Virus record (IMG/VR): IMGVR_UViG_3300025913_000026
Location: 1 to 64,000 of that record
From: a virus
Reading direction: 5' to 3' (one strand)
DNA: 64,000 nucleotides
In this document: positions 36,896 through 47,923 of the stretch, in pieces
Layout: each line of letters opens with the position of its first letter
Numbering within the stretch: the first letter of the stretch is position 1
Translations under genes and position numbers: made by a program
The notes under the pieces: model-generated
Database searches by the model: none
What the model saw: only the letters and a program-made list of their open reading frames with translations
What the model was told of the DNA's origin: nothing

Positions 36896-37533
36896 AATTG
36901 TTTTAAGTTATTATCTGTACCATCCGAAACCGTGTCCTGTGGAATTGATCTTTCTTTTAATAATTGATTATTAACATGCTCACGAATAACAGGAAGATAG
37001 TCCGGTGGCACATTTAATTCTGAATTAAGATTGCTCACATCTCCACCGCTAATCATTTTCACCGTAGCGGTATAGTTGCTTAATATTATGGTTGATTTAG
37101 TTCTTACTACCTTCCCTTCTGGCAAAAACAGTAGCTTATTTGAAATAACAGGCATACTGTCAAAATAACCCCATTGATTCATGGATAAAGGAATCCCTGG
37201 TAGTGATGTTTGGTTATTCGCCTTAAACCTAACTTCTGCCACCCCCATATTAGCACTAATACCAACCGGTATTTCTGGGAGTGTAAATACCCAACACAAA
37301 TTATCTGTTGAATCTTGCGTTATTGTTAACCCTGAAAATGTTGTATAAAATCCATTATTCACATACCCCACTCCATCCATCTGAATAGCTCCTTTGTAAG
37401 CCGCTTGTGCTGCTAGGCCGATACCTTCTGCTATGTATAGGTTAACAAGATTATATGTTATTTCAGCATCATCTGATGGTTTGCCGCCATATATCTGCAT
37501 TAATATCGACTCTGCAAATGCTCCTCTTGTCAT
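36892..37533 (-). CDS. tail ring protein
   Basis: Position; GGKPSDD and NVPPDY motifs. Confidence 0.65.
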   Translation of the reverse strand: MTRGAFAESILMQIYGGKPSDDAEITYNLVNLYIAEGIGLAAQAAYKGAIQMDGVGYVNNGFYTTFSGLTITQDSTDNLCWVFTLPEIPVGISANMGVAEVRFKANNQTSLPGIPLSMNQWGYFDSMPVISNKLLFLPEGKVVRTKSTIILSNYTATVKMISGGDVSNLNSELNVPPDYLPVIREHVNNQLLKERSIPQDTVSDGTDNNLKQL

Positions 37534-37534
37534 G

Positions 37535-38206
37535 TTATTGTCCTTGTGTTTTTATGACCTGAGAATATTGTTCCACTACATTGAGTTGCAAATTAACGCC
37601 AACTATCGCCAATGCACGCACGATAATTTCTAACATGTCCAAGTCCAGCCATTGGGGCTGTACGCTTGCCCCTGGATTGTAAACAGGCCTTCCTTGTGGG
37701 TCTAATGTAAACGCCCACACCAATTCATCTGGCTGTTTTATATATGATAAGTAAGCAGTCCCTAGATTAATTGGATAGAATTGAAACCCGTCTTTATAAA
37801 TTAGATAAAATGGATTTGTTGCAACTGGATCAATGTAACTATTCAAATGGCTGAACAACCTATCCTGCTGAATAAACTTAACTCGCTGCTTGTATATTCC
37901 ATAGGTCATTGCATCTGAATTAAGATACCCAGTAGGATATGGCGCAATCCCGCTACCATTAATAGTCAACGTTACTGGCGCAGGTATAAAAGGACTAAGC
38001 CGCTGACGAATGTCTTCATTTTGACTAAATTCGACAGCGGCAAATGGTCTTCCAGGTGTGTATTTTTGGAATTCCCCCAATAGATAACCCGTATAACTCC
38101 ATTGGGCCTGATTTATCACTAAGTTAAAGGAGGCAGGATTGAGATTACCATTCTGGTTTTTCCGAATGGCATACAACATGATATTATAAACGTCATTTAT
38201 ATCCAC
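37535..38206 (-). CDS. tail ring protein (portal-adjacent)
   Basis: KNQNGNLNPASFNLVINQAQ..YIKQP; crAss-like. Confidence 0.7.
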   Translation of the reverse strand: MDINDVYNIMLYAIRKNQNGNLNPASFNLVINQAQWSYTGYLLGEFQKYTPGRPFAAVEFSQNEDIRQRLSPFIPAPVTLTINGSGIAPYPTGYLNSDAMTYGIYKQRVKFIQQDRLFSHLNSYIDPVATNPFYLIYKDGFQFYPINLGTAYLSYIKQPDELVWAFTLDPQGRPVYNPGASVQPQWLDLDMLEIIVRALAIVGVNLQLNVVEQYSQVIKTQGQ

Positions 38207-38228
38207 CTAAATCCTCCTTTTAAATAAT

Positions 38229-39140
38229 TTATGTTACTATTCTTTCAAGTTCTTGTTTAAATTCTTTTCCTTCTTTTGAATTAGTTAAAGCTAGTTGAGT
38301 TAAGTACTGAATGGCGTTTTCATTCTTTGGCATGTTACAAACTACACCACCATTTTTACCATAGTAGATTCTTCCATCTCCTCTTGAAATATCCAGCTTC
38401 CCATCAATAATAGCTTGTCTAATCTTATAATGTATATCTACTTCTTTTGCATCGAAGCTCTTTTCAAATTCATCTGGGTTTCGTTTTGCATAAAGCAAGT
38501 ATTCTCCCCGTAATGCTTCTTCTGATTTAGGCGCACCTGTTATGTCATGCGTTAATTTAATCCCTAAATAGAAGGCATGTTTCTTCATCTTATCTTCTGG
38601 CTGTTTCTGTGCTTTCATCAACATTTCAATCTCCTTCATCTCAATTGCCAGTTTTTCTTTTGCTACTGCTTCTGGATCGTATTTAAAAAACTCGGTTTTG
38701 CTTATTTTAGTTCTGTTTGGGTTAAGCCGATTATGACAGCATAATTCCATGAACTCTAATTTAGCTTTATCCCATGCTGGCACGTACATAAATCTTGAAC
38801 CTTTAGGCCATTCTAAGAATCTAATTTTACGAGATGCCTGACTATCTGGGATATCCTTCTGATCTTTTACCCAAATGGATGGAACTCCTTCCAGCAATCT
38901 CATCATTTGTGGCCCCTTTTCTGGTTCTTCTGGATTAATCGCAAAATCAATTGGCTGAATATAAACACCGCTTGTGTTTTTCTTTACCAATTTAAATACT
39001 ACCATCCCCTGCAAATCTTTATTAGCTTCATTTGTAGTAGAAACCCCTTTTGCGCTTGGAATATAATCTGTATCTGCTACTTTAATTACTTCATCTTGTT
39101 CACCTCTCATGGCGAACTCAATATCTTTAATACTTGACAT
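38229..39140 (-). CDS. conserved protein downstream of the capsid gene
   Basis: 303 aa; syntenic with the post-MCP gene of crAss-like phages. Confidence 0.6.
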   Translation of the reverse strand: MSSIKDIEFAMRGEQDEVIKVADTDYIPSAKGVSTTNEANKDLQGMVVFKLVKKNTSGVYIQPIDFAINPEEPEKGPQMMRLLEGVPSIWVKDQKDIPDSQASRKIRFLEWPKGSRFMYVPAWDKAKLEFMELCCHNRLNPNRTKISKTEFFKYDPEAVAKEKLAIEMKEIEMLMKAQKQPEDKMKKHAFYLGIKLTHDITGAPKSEEALRGEYLLYAKRNPDEFEKSFDAKEVDIHYKIRQAIIDGKLDISRGDGRIYYGKNGGVVCNMPKNENAIQYLTQLALTNSKEGKEFKQELERIVT

Positions 39141-39206
39141 TTTTTATTATTTTGATGTGACGCATAATTTAAGGGAGAACACCCACGTACACATTGATTA
39201 TTAAAT

Positions 39207-39230
39207 AGAGCCTCCAATTAAGGAGGCTCT
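39207..39230 (-). terminator. hairpin after the major capsid gene
   Basis: agagcctcc-aattaa-ggaggctct. Confidence 0.7.
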
Positions 39231-39240
39231 TTATTACATA

Positions 39241-40680
39241 TTAGGCACTTACTATATTAATGAACTGATTGGCTGCCACTACTCTCGTCCCACGGTATGT
39301 TGCCATTTCAATATTATCCCGCAGTGTACCATCTGTAGGATTGGTAGAACCACCACCCCAGTTCCATACACGAATACCATTACCTATTGAACCACCTTTA
39401 GGGGGCTGTTGGCTCATTACGGTAATGTTTTTGTAAACGCGTGAAGGAGTTTTAGCGTCTGGTGTTTCGCCCATCGGACACAAGAAGCCATAGTTGCGGT
39501 AGTAATCCGTTGCGGGAGTTACACCAGTATATGCTTCTGTGTTGAAGTTGCGATATTTACCGATTTGGAAACGGTAGCCGTCAATATCAATTACCTTGAA
39601 ACCATACGCTACGCTGGCTTCTTCTGACTTTTCACCATATCCCCAAACGAATGCACCGGCAGGGAACTGAGCGAAAATACCATCCGAGAAGTCTTGGCGT
39701 TGGAAGATATCACTCATCCACATGTTCTGTTTAACACATCCGTTTACATCCATTACACGGGTAAGGGTATGCAGGAACGCGATATCCAAGTTACCTGGTG
39801 TATAGGTTACAGTTTCACCATCTGCTGCAATCTTAGGCAGTAAGCCTTGAGAACCCACAGATGTATCTGTTGTCAGGCCGGTGTTATTTACTGAATCACC
39901 AAACATCAACTTACGCTCTACGTTATTCACGAAACGTTGAGATGCTTTTGTAAGACCCAGATAAGTGAAATAAGAAACCCCAGCTTGTGCTGCGCCACCA
40001 ATTGGAGAACCAGAAACACCAGTATCAATATACACATCGGTCATTTCTCCTAAGTCGGTAGCTGACCAAGTATCGTGAATTTCAGTGATATTGTTATTGT
40101 ACTGTTGAGTCAAGTACACTTGCGGAATGCTTGTTCCAGATGCCTCACCAACGTCAACACGGCCACCAAAGATCAATACGTCTGTAGCCAGCAAAGTTGA
40201 TGCTTGCCCAGCAGAAGCTAGAGATTGAGTGCTTTGTTTTGGTCTGATTGTAAATTGGAATGCGCTAGGAGTAGTATCCGTAATTGCAAGAATTTCACCG
40301 CCTACGCCAGTTGATGCGATATAAATAGTTTCACCGGGTCGTAATGGGGTTTGTGTTCCTGAATTGTAATGATAACCGGCAGCTAAGGTTGCTGTAACTG
40401 TAGCGCCAGCAGTAGCACCTGTTGCATTAGACGCTAACTGGATACCTATTTGCAATTTCCCACGGCTTTCAAACCAGAAGTAGTTACGGTTCAAAACTTG
40501 CTCCATGCCACCATAGGTAGCTAACCACCATGTCCAGTTTTCAGGGCCATATTTTTCAACGAATGTTTTATAATACTGAGGCGTTAATAATTGAAGTTGT
40601 GATACTAACGCCCGATTGGCACCACCGGAAACTGATATGTTGCCGGGCTGCAATATATTACTGGTAGGAATTCCTGCCAT
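39241..40680 (-). CDS. major capsid protein
   Basis: 479 aa after scaffold and portal; YFWFESRG, VERKLMFG, GSQGLL; codon choice (more C-ending) differs from neighbours. Confidence 0.88.
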   Translation of the reverse strand: MAGIPTSNILQPGNISVSGGANRALVSQLQLLTPQYYKTFVEKYGPENWTWWLATYGGMEQVLNRNYFWFESRGKLQIGIQLASNATGATAGATVTATLAAGYHYNSGTQTPLRPGETIYIASTGVGGEILAITDTTPSAFQFTIRPKQSTQSLASAGQASTLLATDVLIFGGRVDVGEASGTSIPQVYLTQQYNNNITEIHDTWSATDLGEMTDVYIDTGVSGSPIGGAAQAGVSYFTYLGLTKASQRFVNNVERKLMFGDSVNNTGLTTDTSVGSQGLLPKIAADGETVTYTPGNLDIAFLHTLTRVMDVNGCVKQNMWMSDIFQRQDFSDGIFAQFPAGAFVWGYGEKSEEASVAYGFKVIDIDGYRFQIGKYRNFNTEAYTGVTPATDYYRNYGFLCPMGETPDAKTPSRVYKNITVMSQQPPKGGSIGNGIRVWNWGGGSTNPTDGTLRDNIEMATYRGTRVVAANQFINIVSA

Positions 40681-40707
40681 TGTTTTAAAATTTAATTAGT
40701 GAAAGAA

Positions 40708-41949
40708 TTACATTGACCAAATACGATCTGCCACTAATTGAGAGTCATTTTTAGGAGCTTCCTGGCTTGTTGGAATTGGCCCAAGTTCTGGATTAACTCC
40801 CTTCAAGTTAATATTGTTTCTTACTTTTGTATCGTGCAACATTCTTTTACTCCCAGCATCATTGATTAGATTCTGAGTAATGTTATTTTTATATTCCAGC
40901 CAATAGACATCTTCGGCCATTTGTCTAGTATTAAATGATCCATCCTTATTAACCCATCGGCCCGTCAAATAATCCCATTTAGAGTAAAGACTTTCCACGA
41001 TATTTTTAACATTTACCTTTTCTTCGCTTGTAACATCAAAAGATAGTGGCAACTCGACTTCCTTGTCTTTGTAGCTCATCTTAATGTCGTTAAAAGTTTT
41101 AAGGCTGTTTTCTAATGACTCATAATAAGCCTGTTGCTTTTTTTCAGCCGCCGCCAATTCCTCTGGGGTAGGCTCATTAAATTGCTGAGGCTTTTGTATA
41201 TCTGGGAGAACGATTTGACTTCTTAATTTGGAGAGTTCAGGTTTAGTCATCTTGGCCTCAATAATCATATCCATCTGCCTTTCCCTTACCTGATCTTCCC
41301 ATGCTTTTACTTCAGCGGCATAATCATCTGCATCTTGATCCAGCGTTTGTGCTGGGTTAGATGGCAATGAATATTGCTTATTGTATAAGCGGTCTATCTC
41401 TTGTGTAGTAAGAGTATCTTTATATTTGAATTGAAGATTAGCCCGAAGAATTTCACCGGCCTGTGTGGCATCGGCTACATCATACTTCTCTAATTTTTCA
41501 AGTTGTTTCTTTTGATTTAGAAAATTGTAAACATCATCCTCTTTACCTTCTTTCAAATAATCGAAGAAACGTTTACTATCTTCATTAGCCCATTGAATTT
41601 CTTGTGGGGTTGGGGCTTCTTGCGGCTTATTGAATTGCTCCCATTTGGTTTTAAATTCATCCATGCCTAAGCCGCCTGTTACACGCCGAATAAAATCATC
41701 TTCATCTAGGATTTCATCTGCATTTGCCGCTGGGACTTGCGCCGCTGGTTGCTGTTCTGTACTAGCTACGGGAGTTTCGTTTACAGCAGGAGTAACTTCT
41801 ACATTTTGATATGGAGTGGTTTGCGCCCCCCATAAAGTATCGGCCACGACTTGGCTTACTTCAGGAGTTGCTTGTACAGCCTGATCTTGGCCTTGTGTCT
41901 CTGTTTGTGCTGTTGTGGGTGGTTCTAAAGTCGCTACATTATCAGACAT
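40708..41949 (-). CDS. capsid scaffolding protein
   Basis: Acidic, P/Q/T-rich N-terminus; directly upstream of the MCP. Confidence 0.75.
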   Translation of the reverse strand: MSDNVATLEPPTTAQTETQGQDQAVQATPEVSQVVADTLWGAQTTPYQNVEVTPAVNETPVASTEQQPAAQVPAANADEILDEDDFIRRVTGGLGMDEFKTKWEQFNKPQEAPTPQEIQWANEDSKRFFDYLKEGKEDDVYNFLNQKKQLEKLEKYDVADATQAGEILRANLQFKYKDTLTTQEIDRLYNKQYSLPSNPAQTLDQDADDYAAEVKAWEDQVRERQMDMIIEAKMTKPELSKLRSQIVLPDIQKPQQFNEPTPEELAAAEKKQQAYYESLENSLKTFNDIKMSYKDKEVELPLSFDVTSEEKVNVKNIVESLYSKWDYLTGRWVNKDGSFNTRQMAEDVYWLEYKNNITQNLINDAGSKRMLHDTKVRNNINLKGVNPELGPIPTSQEAPKNDSQLVADRIWSM

Positions 41950-41968
41950 AAATCTATGGGTTTTAATT

Positions 41969-41991
41969 GCTACAACGTTAAAGCAAATCTA
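41969..41991 (-). promoter_or_regulatory. late promoter plus palindromic motif
   Basis: TAGATTTG (41991-41984) abuts GCTACAACGTTAAAGC (41969-41984). Confidence 0.6.
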
Positions 41992-42001
41992 TAAAAAAAT
42001 A

Positions 42002-42361
42002 TCAATATGGTTTAGTACAATGAATCAAAACTTTTGTGGCCCCAAATGTGGAACCATCCCCCAATCGTAAATATTTGAACCCAATAGGAGATATTCGGAA
42101 CAAAGTAGTCCCGGTAACTGCTGTTGCTGCCGCTCCAGTTGTTAAATTAGTAGCCTGTACAGCATTATAGTTGGTTGAATCTTTTGCCGTCCCATCAATT
42201 ACTCCAGTAACTTCACCGCCATCATTTGTTGCTGCAATTGTACAAGTACCGGCTAATCCAACTACTTGAATTGTAATAGTTTCCCATTCAGAAATATCGG
42301 CTATAGCATAAAAATTAGTAGCGCTAAGTTGTGGAGCTAAGTCCATCAAACGAGAAATCAT
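42002..42361 (-). CDS. small beta-rich virion protein
   Basis: T/A/G-rich; FKYLRL motif. Confidence 0.6.
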   Translation of the reverse strand: MISRLMDLAPQLSATNFYAIADISEWETITIQVVGLAGTCTIAATNDGGEVTGVIDGTAKDSTNYNAVQATNLTTGAAATAVTGTTLFRISPIGFKYLRLGDGSTFGATKVLIHCTKPY

Positions 42362-42372
42362 ATTATAATAAT

Positions 42373-42666
42373 TTATGTAGTTACGGTAATTGAATCATTC
42401 ACATCAAATGTGTTTTTGGTCGTATCTGGATGCGCTCCTGTTCCCAATGATAACTCTGGTTTATTTGGAATGGCTTTAAAGCTATGGCCATAATAATCCA
42501 CCGAATAAATAGTGCATGTATTAGTTGAGCTATCTAGGTTCCCTTGTTGACCTGGCACTAATTGCGGCAATATGGTTAATGCATCTGCCGCCGAAAGAGT
42601 ACATGTTATTGCCGTCCCTTTAGCTGCCGGAGATACTTTTGTATTAGTACATGTTAATTCTGCCAT
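42373..42666 (-). CDS. small virion protein
   Basis: T-rich beta composition. Confidence 0.55.
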   Translation of the reverse strand: MAELTCTNTKVSPAAKGTAITCTLSAADALTILPQLVPGQQGNLDSSTNTCTIYSVDYYGHSFKAIPNKPELSLGTGAHPDTTKNTFDVNDSITVTT

Positions 42667-42672
42667 AATAAG

Positions 42673-43356
42673 TTAATTTATATATCCAAATGAATATTTT
42701 ATATCGACACCTCTGGTATATCTTCTCTCTTTTATGCTTCCTCCTTTCGATCCCACTGGATAAGTTAAAGCATCTTTCAAATTCCATCCGTTTAATATTC
42801 TTTTTCTTAATGTAGGGGCTGGTAGATTGTATTGATACGCCCATTCTCCATATGTTTTGCTTTCTCCATTATATGTAACGTATGTATTATTTATTTTTGA
42901 ATTACAATTGCTTCTTGATGATACTAACGAACATCTTTGGGGAGAATATAAATCAGGCTTTACCCCTAGTCTTTTAGCTATTATATCTTTGTCAACCTGT
43001 AACCCTTTTTGCCATCCGGTTGCTATACACCAATTATAAAATGAGAGAAAATCATTCAGCCATTCGTCACATACTTTTACGCCTTTTGCTCCATAATTTT
43101 TATATTGTTTATTATATGGTTTATAGCATCTTTCTATCATACTATTCCATACTCTAAATAAAGGATGATTAGATAATCCATGTGTCAATGTTGGTCTTAA
43201 TGATTTATGATAACATCCGCAACTCTTTGTTTTACCAGAATTAACATTAGAATTCAATATTTCTTTTTCAACACCACACTTACAGATATATAACCCAATA
43301 GTTTTACCACTTTTATCTTTGCCAACATTTTTTATGAAAGTCAAATAATTTTCCAT
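42673..43356 (-). CDS. HNH-type homing endonuclease-like protein
   Basis: CKCG..SCGC..WNSMIERC..YGAKGVKVCDEW..YSPQRC..N; C-terminal HTH-like segment. Confidence 0.8.
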   Translation of the reverse strand: MENYLTFIKNVGKDKSGKTIGLYICKCGVEKEILNSNVNSGKTKSCGCYHKSLRPTLTHGLSNHPLFRVWNSMIERCYKPYNKQYKNYGAKGVKVCDEWLNDFLSFYNWCIATGWQKGLQVDKDIIAKRLGVKPDLYSPQRCSLVSSRSNCNSKINNTYVTYNGESKTYGEWAYQYNLPAPTLRKRILNGWNLKDALTYPVGSKGGSIKERRYTRGVDIKYSFGYIN

Positions 43357-43364
43357 TCTATTTT

Positions 43365-45791
43365 TTATTGCTGTTGAACTAATCCTTCTTGCTGCTCGTA
43401 TTCTGGATTTTCTTGTTCTTGGCCCTCTTTCGGCTGTTGTTGTTGTGCCTGAGCCATTATATTCTGTGTTAGGATTTGGTTTTCTTGCGAAATCGGGATT
43501 GCCATGTTGGGCACCAACTGATTAATAATCGGAGCAAGCCATTCAGGCATTTGCGGATTTTCGCTTTTAGCGGCAATTGCAAACGATCCAATAACAATTT
43601 GCTTTTTAATTTCTTGTAAAGCAGTATACTCTGCCAACTGCTTATCCGTTTCTAATTTCTGCATCAAAAGCTGCATATCGCCCTGAGCCTTTTGTTGCGC
43701 TGCTTGTGCTTGAATTTGCGCGTTCTGTTCGCTCTGTTGCTGTGCTTTTTCGGATTCAGAACGAATCATTTTCTTCATACTGTTACGCAGGTATAGCTCA
43801 CTCAATTTCACATTCTCTTTTGCTATTCTACGTAATTTAGCCGGGTCTAAATATTGGATTAAAGCAGGATTACTAGCCAATGCATTTTGCATATCGGCTT
43901 CCATCCTTTGTATCTCAAATTGATCTGGCAACAATTGAAACTTGGTGCTAAACTGCCTATCCTTCACATCTTCCTCCTGCATAATATGCCTATAAGTATT
44001 GCTACCAAATCGAACAGAATTATTTAAGAGACAAGCAATTTTCTTAGCGGTCTGCTCCAACACGTTGGCCACGGCATCATACATATAGTCCGTAGCAAAG
44101 GCAGCGGCTTGTTGTGAGGCTTGTACATTCTCTGAGGTTACCCTTGGCTGAACTGCTTGGGTAATAAGGTTAGGATCTTCACCTAATTGATCTTTAAGTA
44201 CGCGATATTGGAAATCATATTGCTGAATTAATCCCTGCATTGCCCCAATGAACCCGGCATTCTGTAATTCTTGAATAGGCAATGGTATTGGATTACCTTC
44301 TGCATCCCGCCCACGGTAATACAAGCGGCCAGTTTGCTCATATAGCTTTTGTACGTTAATGGAGCTTTCCCCGTCTGCCGCCAGCCCCAGATCCACTTCC
44401 TGCATGGCATCTACATTTATCGCGGCCCCTGGTGGAATCATGGTAGCGATTATCTGCTGCATCTTCATGTAGATAACCATCATCTGCTTCACGGGCGCTT
44501 CTATCTTTTCAGGTAATGCGATATTTCGCATATCCTGATTTTGATACATGTAAAAGCTGATTGGGAATTCTACATCCCCGCTTTCTTTAGGGTCTTGTGG
44601 CCGGATCATATTATTGTCCAATCCCCATTCCAGCATCTTTTGAGCGTACCGGACGTACACCCCCTTATATAAGTTCCACTTATCTTTCTTTACGTATTCC
44701 TGATTATCTCCTAAGCTATTTGGGGATTGCTGCCTACGTTCTATGATAGTCCTTTGATTCTGCTTAGTTACTGTCATTAAATAACCATCTTCATCAACTG
44801 ATTTTATCCAGAAGTAAATACATTCAACATTCCATTCATCGTATGGCCGGATATACGCTAACAACCAATCATAATTCCATGTAAGCTTATCGAATCGTTG
44901 ATACTCGAATGAGGTTTGAGCTATTTTGAATATTTCTTCTTCTGATAATGTGCCGCCAAATTCTTTACCGTACTTACGTCTGACTTCTGAAATCTTTAAC
45001 GACTTTACAAACCCACGCATAGCCGTATCCCGTAAGTCATCAAATTCAGAATAGGAATACAAACTATTTAATGGTTTAACCCATTCTACATGAATTACTC
45101 CATATTCATCCATCCAAACATAAGTACATACTAAACCACATTCAGCCGAATCATGCAGCAGCTTTTTCTTCATTTCACTGAAGAACCCTTCACTACTTAA
45201 GATGTCATTAGTCCCTACCTCATATTTTATTTCTTCTGGGAGTAGGTTACCTATCAAATTCCATTCTTCTAAATCATCTTTATCTTCTGCTACAAATTGG
45301 TCAGGGGAAACCATTGGGACTCCCGATTGCTGTTGGAGTTGTTCTAGCTGCTTTTTATTGTAAAGGACAAATTCAGCCTGTTCGTACTGTTCTTTCTTTT
45401 GTTGAACCGACAATGGATCGGTAGCTGTCACCTGGATTTTCTCTATGCGCTGCATCCACCGGCCCACCAACCCGGTTATAATCCTATTTGTAATGAGCAA
45501 CGGGCTCCAAATAAGATTCGCATAGTTAATCTTTCCATTAAAGTTCAATAAATCGGCAAACATTGCATAAACATTCGTCTTACCGGCTGACCATAAGATG
45601 TTGGTTTTGAACCTGTCGTTACGAAGAAATGAGTAGCCATTTACGACCCCGGCCGAATATTTCTGCTCTATATCGAGAGCTAATTGGAGGCCATATTTAG
45701 GGCCAAGTTTATCTTGGATATTCTTTGTGAGTAAGAAATCCTTATACGATTGACCAGATACCCCTATACTATTTGACTGATTTTCAGACAT
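43365..45791 (-). CDS. portal protein
   Basis: 808 aa directly after the terminase; Q-rich C-terminal barrel; LYEQTGRLYYRG. Confidence 0.88.
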   Translation of the reverse strand: MSENQSNSIGVSGQSYKDFLLTKNIQDKLGPKYGLQLALDIEQKYSAGVVNGYSFLRNDRFKTNILWSAGKTNVYAMFADLLNFNGKINYANLIWSPLLITNRIITGLVGRWMQRIEKIQVTATDPLSVQQKKEQYEQAEFVLYNKKQLEQLQQQSGVPMVSPDQFVAEDKDDLEEWNLIGNLLPEEIKYEVGTNDILSSEGFFSEMKKKLLHDSAECGLVCTYVWMDEYGVIHVEWVKPLNSLYSYSEFDDLRDTAMRGFVKSLKISEVRRKYGKEFGGTLSEEEIFKIAQTSFEYQRFDKLTWNYDWLLAYIRPYDEWNVECIYFWIKSVDEDGYLMTVTKQNQRTIIERRQQSPNSLGDNQEYVKKDKWNLYKGVYVRYAQKMLEWGLDNNMIRPQDPKESGDVEFPISFYMYQNQDMRNIALPEKIEAPVKQMMVIYMKMQQIIATMIPPGAAINVDAMQEVDLGLAADGESSINVQKLYEQTGRLYYRGRDAEGNPIPLPIQELQNAGFIGAMQGLIQQYDFQYRVLKDQLGEDPNLITQAVQPRVTSENVQASQQAAAFATDYMYDAVANVLEQTAKKIACLLNNSVRFGSNTYRHIMQEEDVKDRQFSTKFQLLPDQFEIQRMEADMQNALASNPALIQYLDPAKLRRIAKENVKLSELYLRNSMKKMIRSESEKAQQQSEQNAQIQAQAAQQKAQGDMQLLMQKLETDKQLAEYTALQEIKKQIVIGSFAIAAKSENPQMPEWLAPIINQLVPNMAIPISQENQILTQNIMAQAQQQQPKEGQEQENPEYEQQEGLVQQQ

Positions 45792-45808
45792 TATGAGAGA
45801 AAGTTATC

Positions 45809-45848
45809 CAAATGTAAGTTTTTTTTAAACACGCTACAACGTTTGAGC
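45809..45848 (-). promoter_or_regulatory. promoter plus palindromic motif upstream of portal
   Basis: TACATTTG (45816-45809) and GCTACAACGTTTGAGC (45833-45848). Confidence 0.55.
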
Positions 45849-47923
45849 TAATTGGCATTAAAATTTTGCTGCCCATGGTTGTTAATATAGCTTTTTACTA
45901 ATGGCTCTGTCGGCTTTTTAGGCTGTCTTATTGGCTCCATTAAGCACACCAAAAGAATAAGAAATGACACAACAGTATCATAAGCTGTGCGGTCGTACGG
46001 GTCGAATACTTTAGCATTTTCTAGCAATTCTTCAAAATCTATTAATTCACAATAGTTCTCAAAGTATGCAATCCCCGTATCCAGTTGCTTGGTTAGGCTG
46101 AATGGTGTTGTAGGGAACCCTTTGAATCTATCCGCATCGCTTCTTTTAGTTGGGTCTATGGTGCTTAGTGGATAGGTTCCTAAATAGCCTACCTTACCTC
46201 TATCCCTAAAATATGATAGGTAGTCATCAGCATTATGCTCATACCATATTTTAAAACCAAAATATTCTCCGGCCAGCATCACTTGATCGTGTAGCGTTTC
46301 TTTTACCGCAGGCCGACCATACAAATGGCCTATCGCCTTCCCTGTATTATGAGGATTCATTATATCAGGTCTTAGCCCAATCCATGCAGACGCCTTTGAT
46401 CCGTATTTTCGCCCACCCTGGCTATTGCTATAGCCATCTACCGCTATAGCTCCTATTGAAATTCGATCCGGGTATCTTAGTTTGTTTTCGTACTTAAATT
46501 TATTTTCTTGTCCCTTTTCCGGGAAAGCTGTAATGGTCCAATGGAAGTTCTTTTCATTTTCTTGAATATCTCTCCATCTTACAACTTGATCTAAATCTCT
46601 GTAGAAAATGATCTTTCTTTTGTAGATGGGATTTTCTTCTAAATGCTTTAGCCGCTTGTTTATATTGAAAGAATTAAAGGCGCAATTTGTATTGGCCGCC
46701 TCAAACATTTCATCTACCGTACAAGGATTCATACGAATCTCTTCTTCCAATAAATCACCAGTAAGCCCTTCTCTTCTTTTAACCATCACATACTTTCTGG
46801 CCCCCATTTTAATATCATCCTCTGTTAATTCAGAAACTACTATGCCAGTTATCGGGTCTTTCTTAACCCATTTATCTACTAGATATTGGAATTGTTCATG
46901 CGTAGGTTCGCCTATGACAGAAATACCATGCCTATCAATAAACCCTTCATATCCATCGTATGCAGAAGAAAAATATGTAACAAAACGATTAGGTGTTGGC
47001 TTATTGGGATATTTGAATTGATTGGCTCCATCCCATGCTTTTTTAAACGCGGCACCCCCGCCTTTGGTCATTTCGTTTACAGTAGACGGTGCCTCGCAAA
47101 ATCCAACACGCTTCGCACCCTTAACCATCGTCTTACTGACAATGGCTATGAACTTTGAGAAATCAACTTCGGTCGGCCATTTGCCCCCCTCATCGGCCAG
47201 TAAGCGGGTAACACGACCGGAATCATACGCATTTAATACAGGCGCTCTATAGGTAACCTTTGATCTATTCCCAGCATCCTCCTCTTTGCCTTTCTCTATT
47301 TTAGCAGCCAGAACTATTTCCGTTACACTGTCAGGTTTATTAAGTTGTCGCGGCTTTAAGAATACTGGCAATTGGTTATAACCATGCCGCACCATGTCTG
47401 TGAATGTATTACGGCTGTCATCTTTTGTTTTACTAACTAAGCCGCAGTTGCTGTTGATGTAAAAGATACATTCGTAAATCAAGTTAGAAGTAGCTTGAGA
47501 CGATGCACCTTCTCGCCTTTTTTTGCCCCTGAAAATACCCAAACACCATAGTATATTTTCCCAATGGTTTAAAAATAAAAAATACCGCCGATCTGTATCG
47601 CGGTATTCGGGGTATATATCGTCCTCAAGTTTCCACCATTGAAGATAAAAATAGTGTTTGCCAGTTACATAGGTTGGTACGCCATTGTTAAAGAACCAAA
47701 ATCCGTCCCTACATTTTACAACCTCTTCTCTGGCAAATTGCTCTTGTTCTAGTGTTAATAGGGCCGCACCATTCGAATCATATTCTATTTTATTGAATAC
47801 GGATGGGAGCTCTCTTCTTCTCCATATTTGCTCATAATTCTCTTTCCCCCATCCAGGCATTAATGTTTCCAATGGATTATCGGGAGTATACACCAATGAG
47901 CCATATACATCTACATAAAGCAT
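45848..47923 (-). CDS. terminase large subunit
   Basis: TGKHYFYLQW, KKRREGAS (Walker A), LLADEGGKW (Walker B), nuclease AVDGY..YDTVVS. Confidence 0.92.
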   Translation of the reverse strand: MLYVDVYGSLVYTPDNPLETLMPGWGKENYEQIWRRRELPSVFNKIEYDSNGAALLTLEQEQFAREEVVKCRDGFWFFNNGVPTYVTGKHYFYLQWWKLEDDIYPEYRDTDRRYFLFLNHWENILWCLGIFRGKKRREGASSQATSNLIYECIFYINSNCGLVSKTKDDSRNTFTDMVRHGYNQLPVFLKPRQLNKPDSVTEIVLAAKIEKGKEEDAGNRSKVTYRAPVLNAYDSGRVTRLLADEGGKWPTEVDFSKFIAIVSKTMVKGAKRVGFCEAPSTVNEMTKGGGAAFKKAWDGANQFKYPNKPTPNRFVTYFSSAYDGYEGFIDRHGISVIGEPTHEQFQYLVDKWVKKDPITGIVVSELTEDDIKMGARKYVMVKRREGLTGDLLEEEIRMNPCTVDEMFEAANTNCAFNSFNINKRLKHLEENPIYKRKIIFYRDLDQVVRWRDIQENEKNFHWTITAFPEKGQENKFKYENKLRYPDRISIGAIAVDGYSNSQGGRKYGSKASAWIGLRPDIMNPHNTGKAIGHLYGRPAVKETLHDQVMLAGEYFGFKIWYEHNADDYLSYFRDRGKVGYLGTYPLSTIDPTKRSDADRFKGFPTTPFSLTKQLDTGIAYFENYCELIDFEELLENAKVFDPYDRTAYDTVVSFLILLVCLMEPIRQPKKPTEPLVKSYINNHGQQNFNAN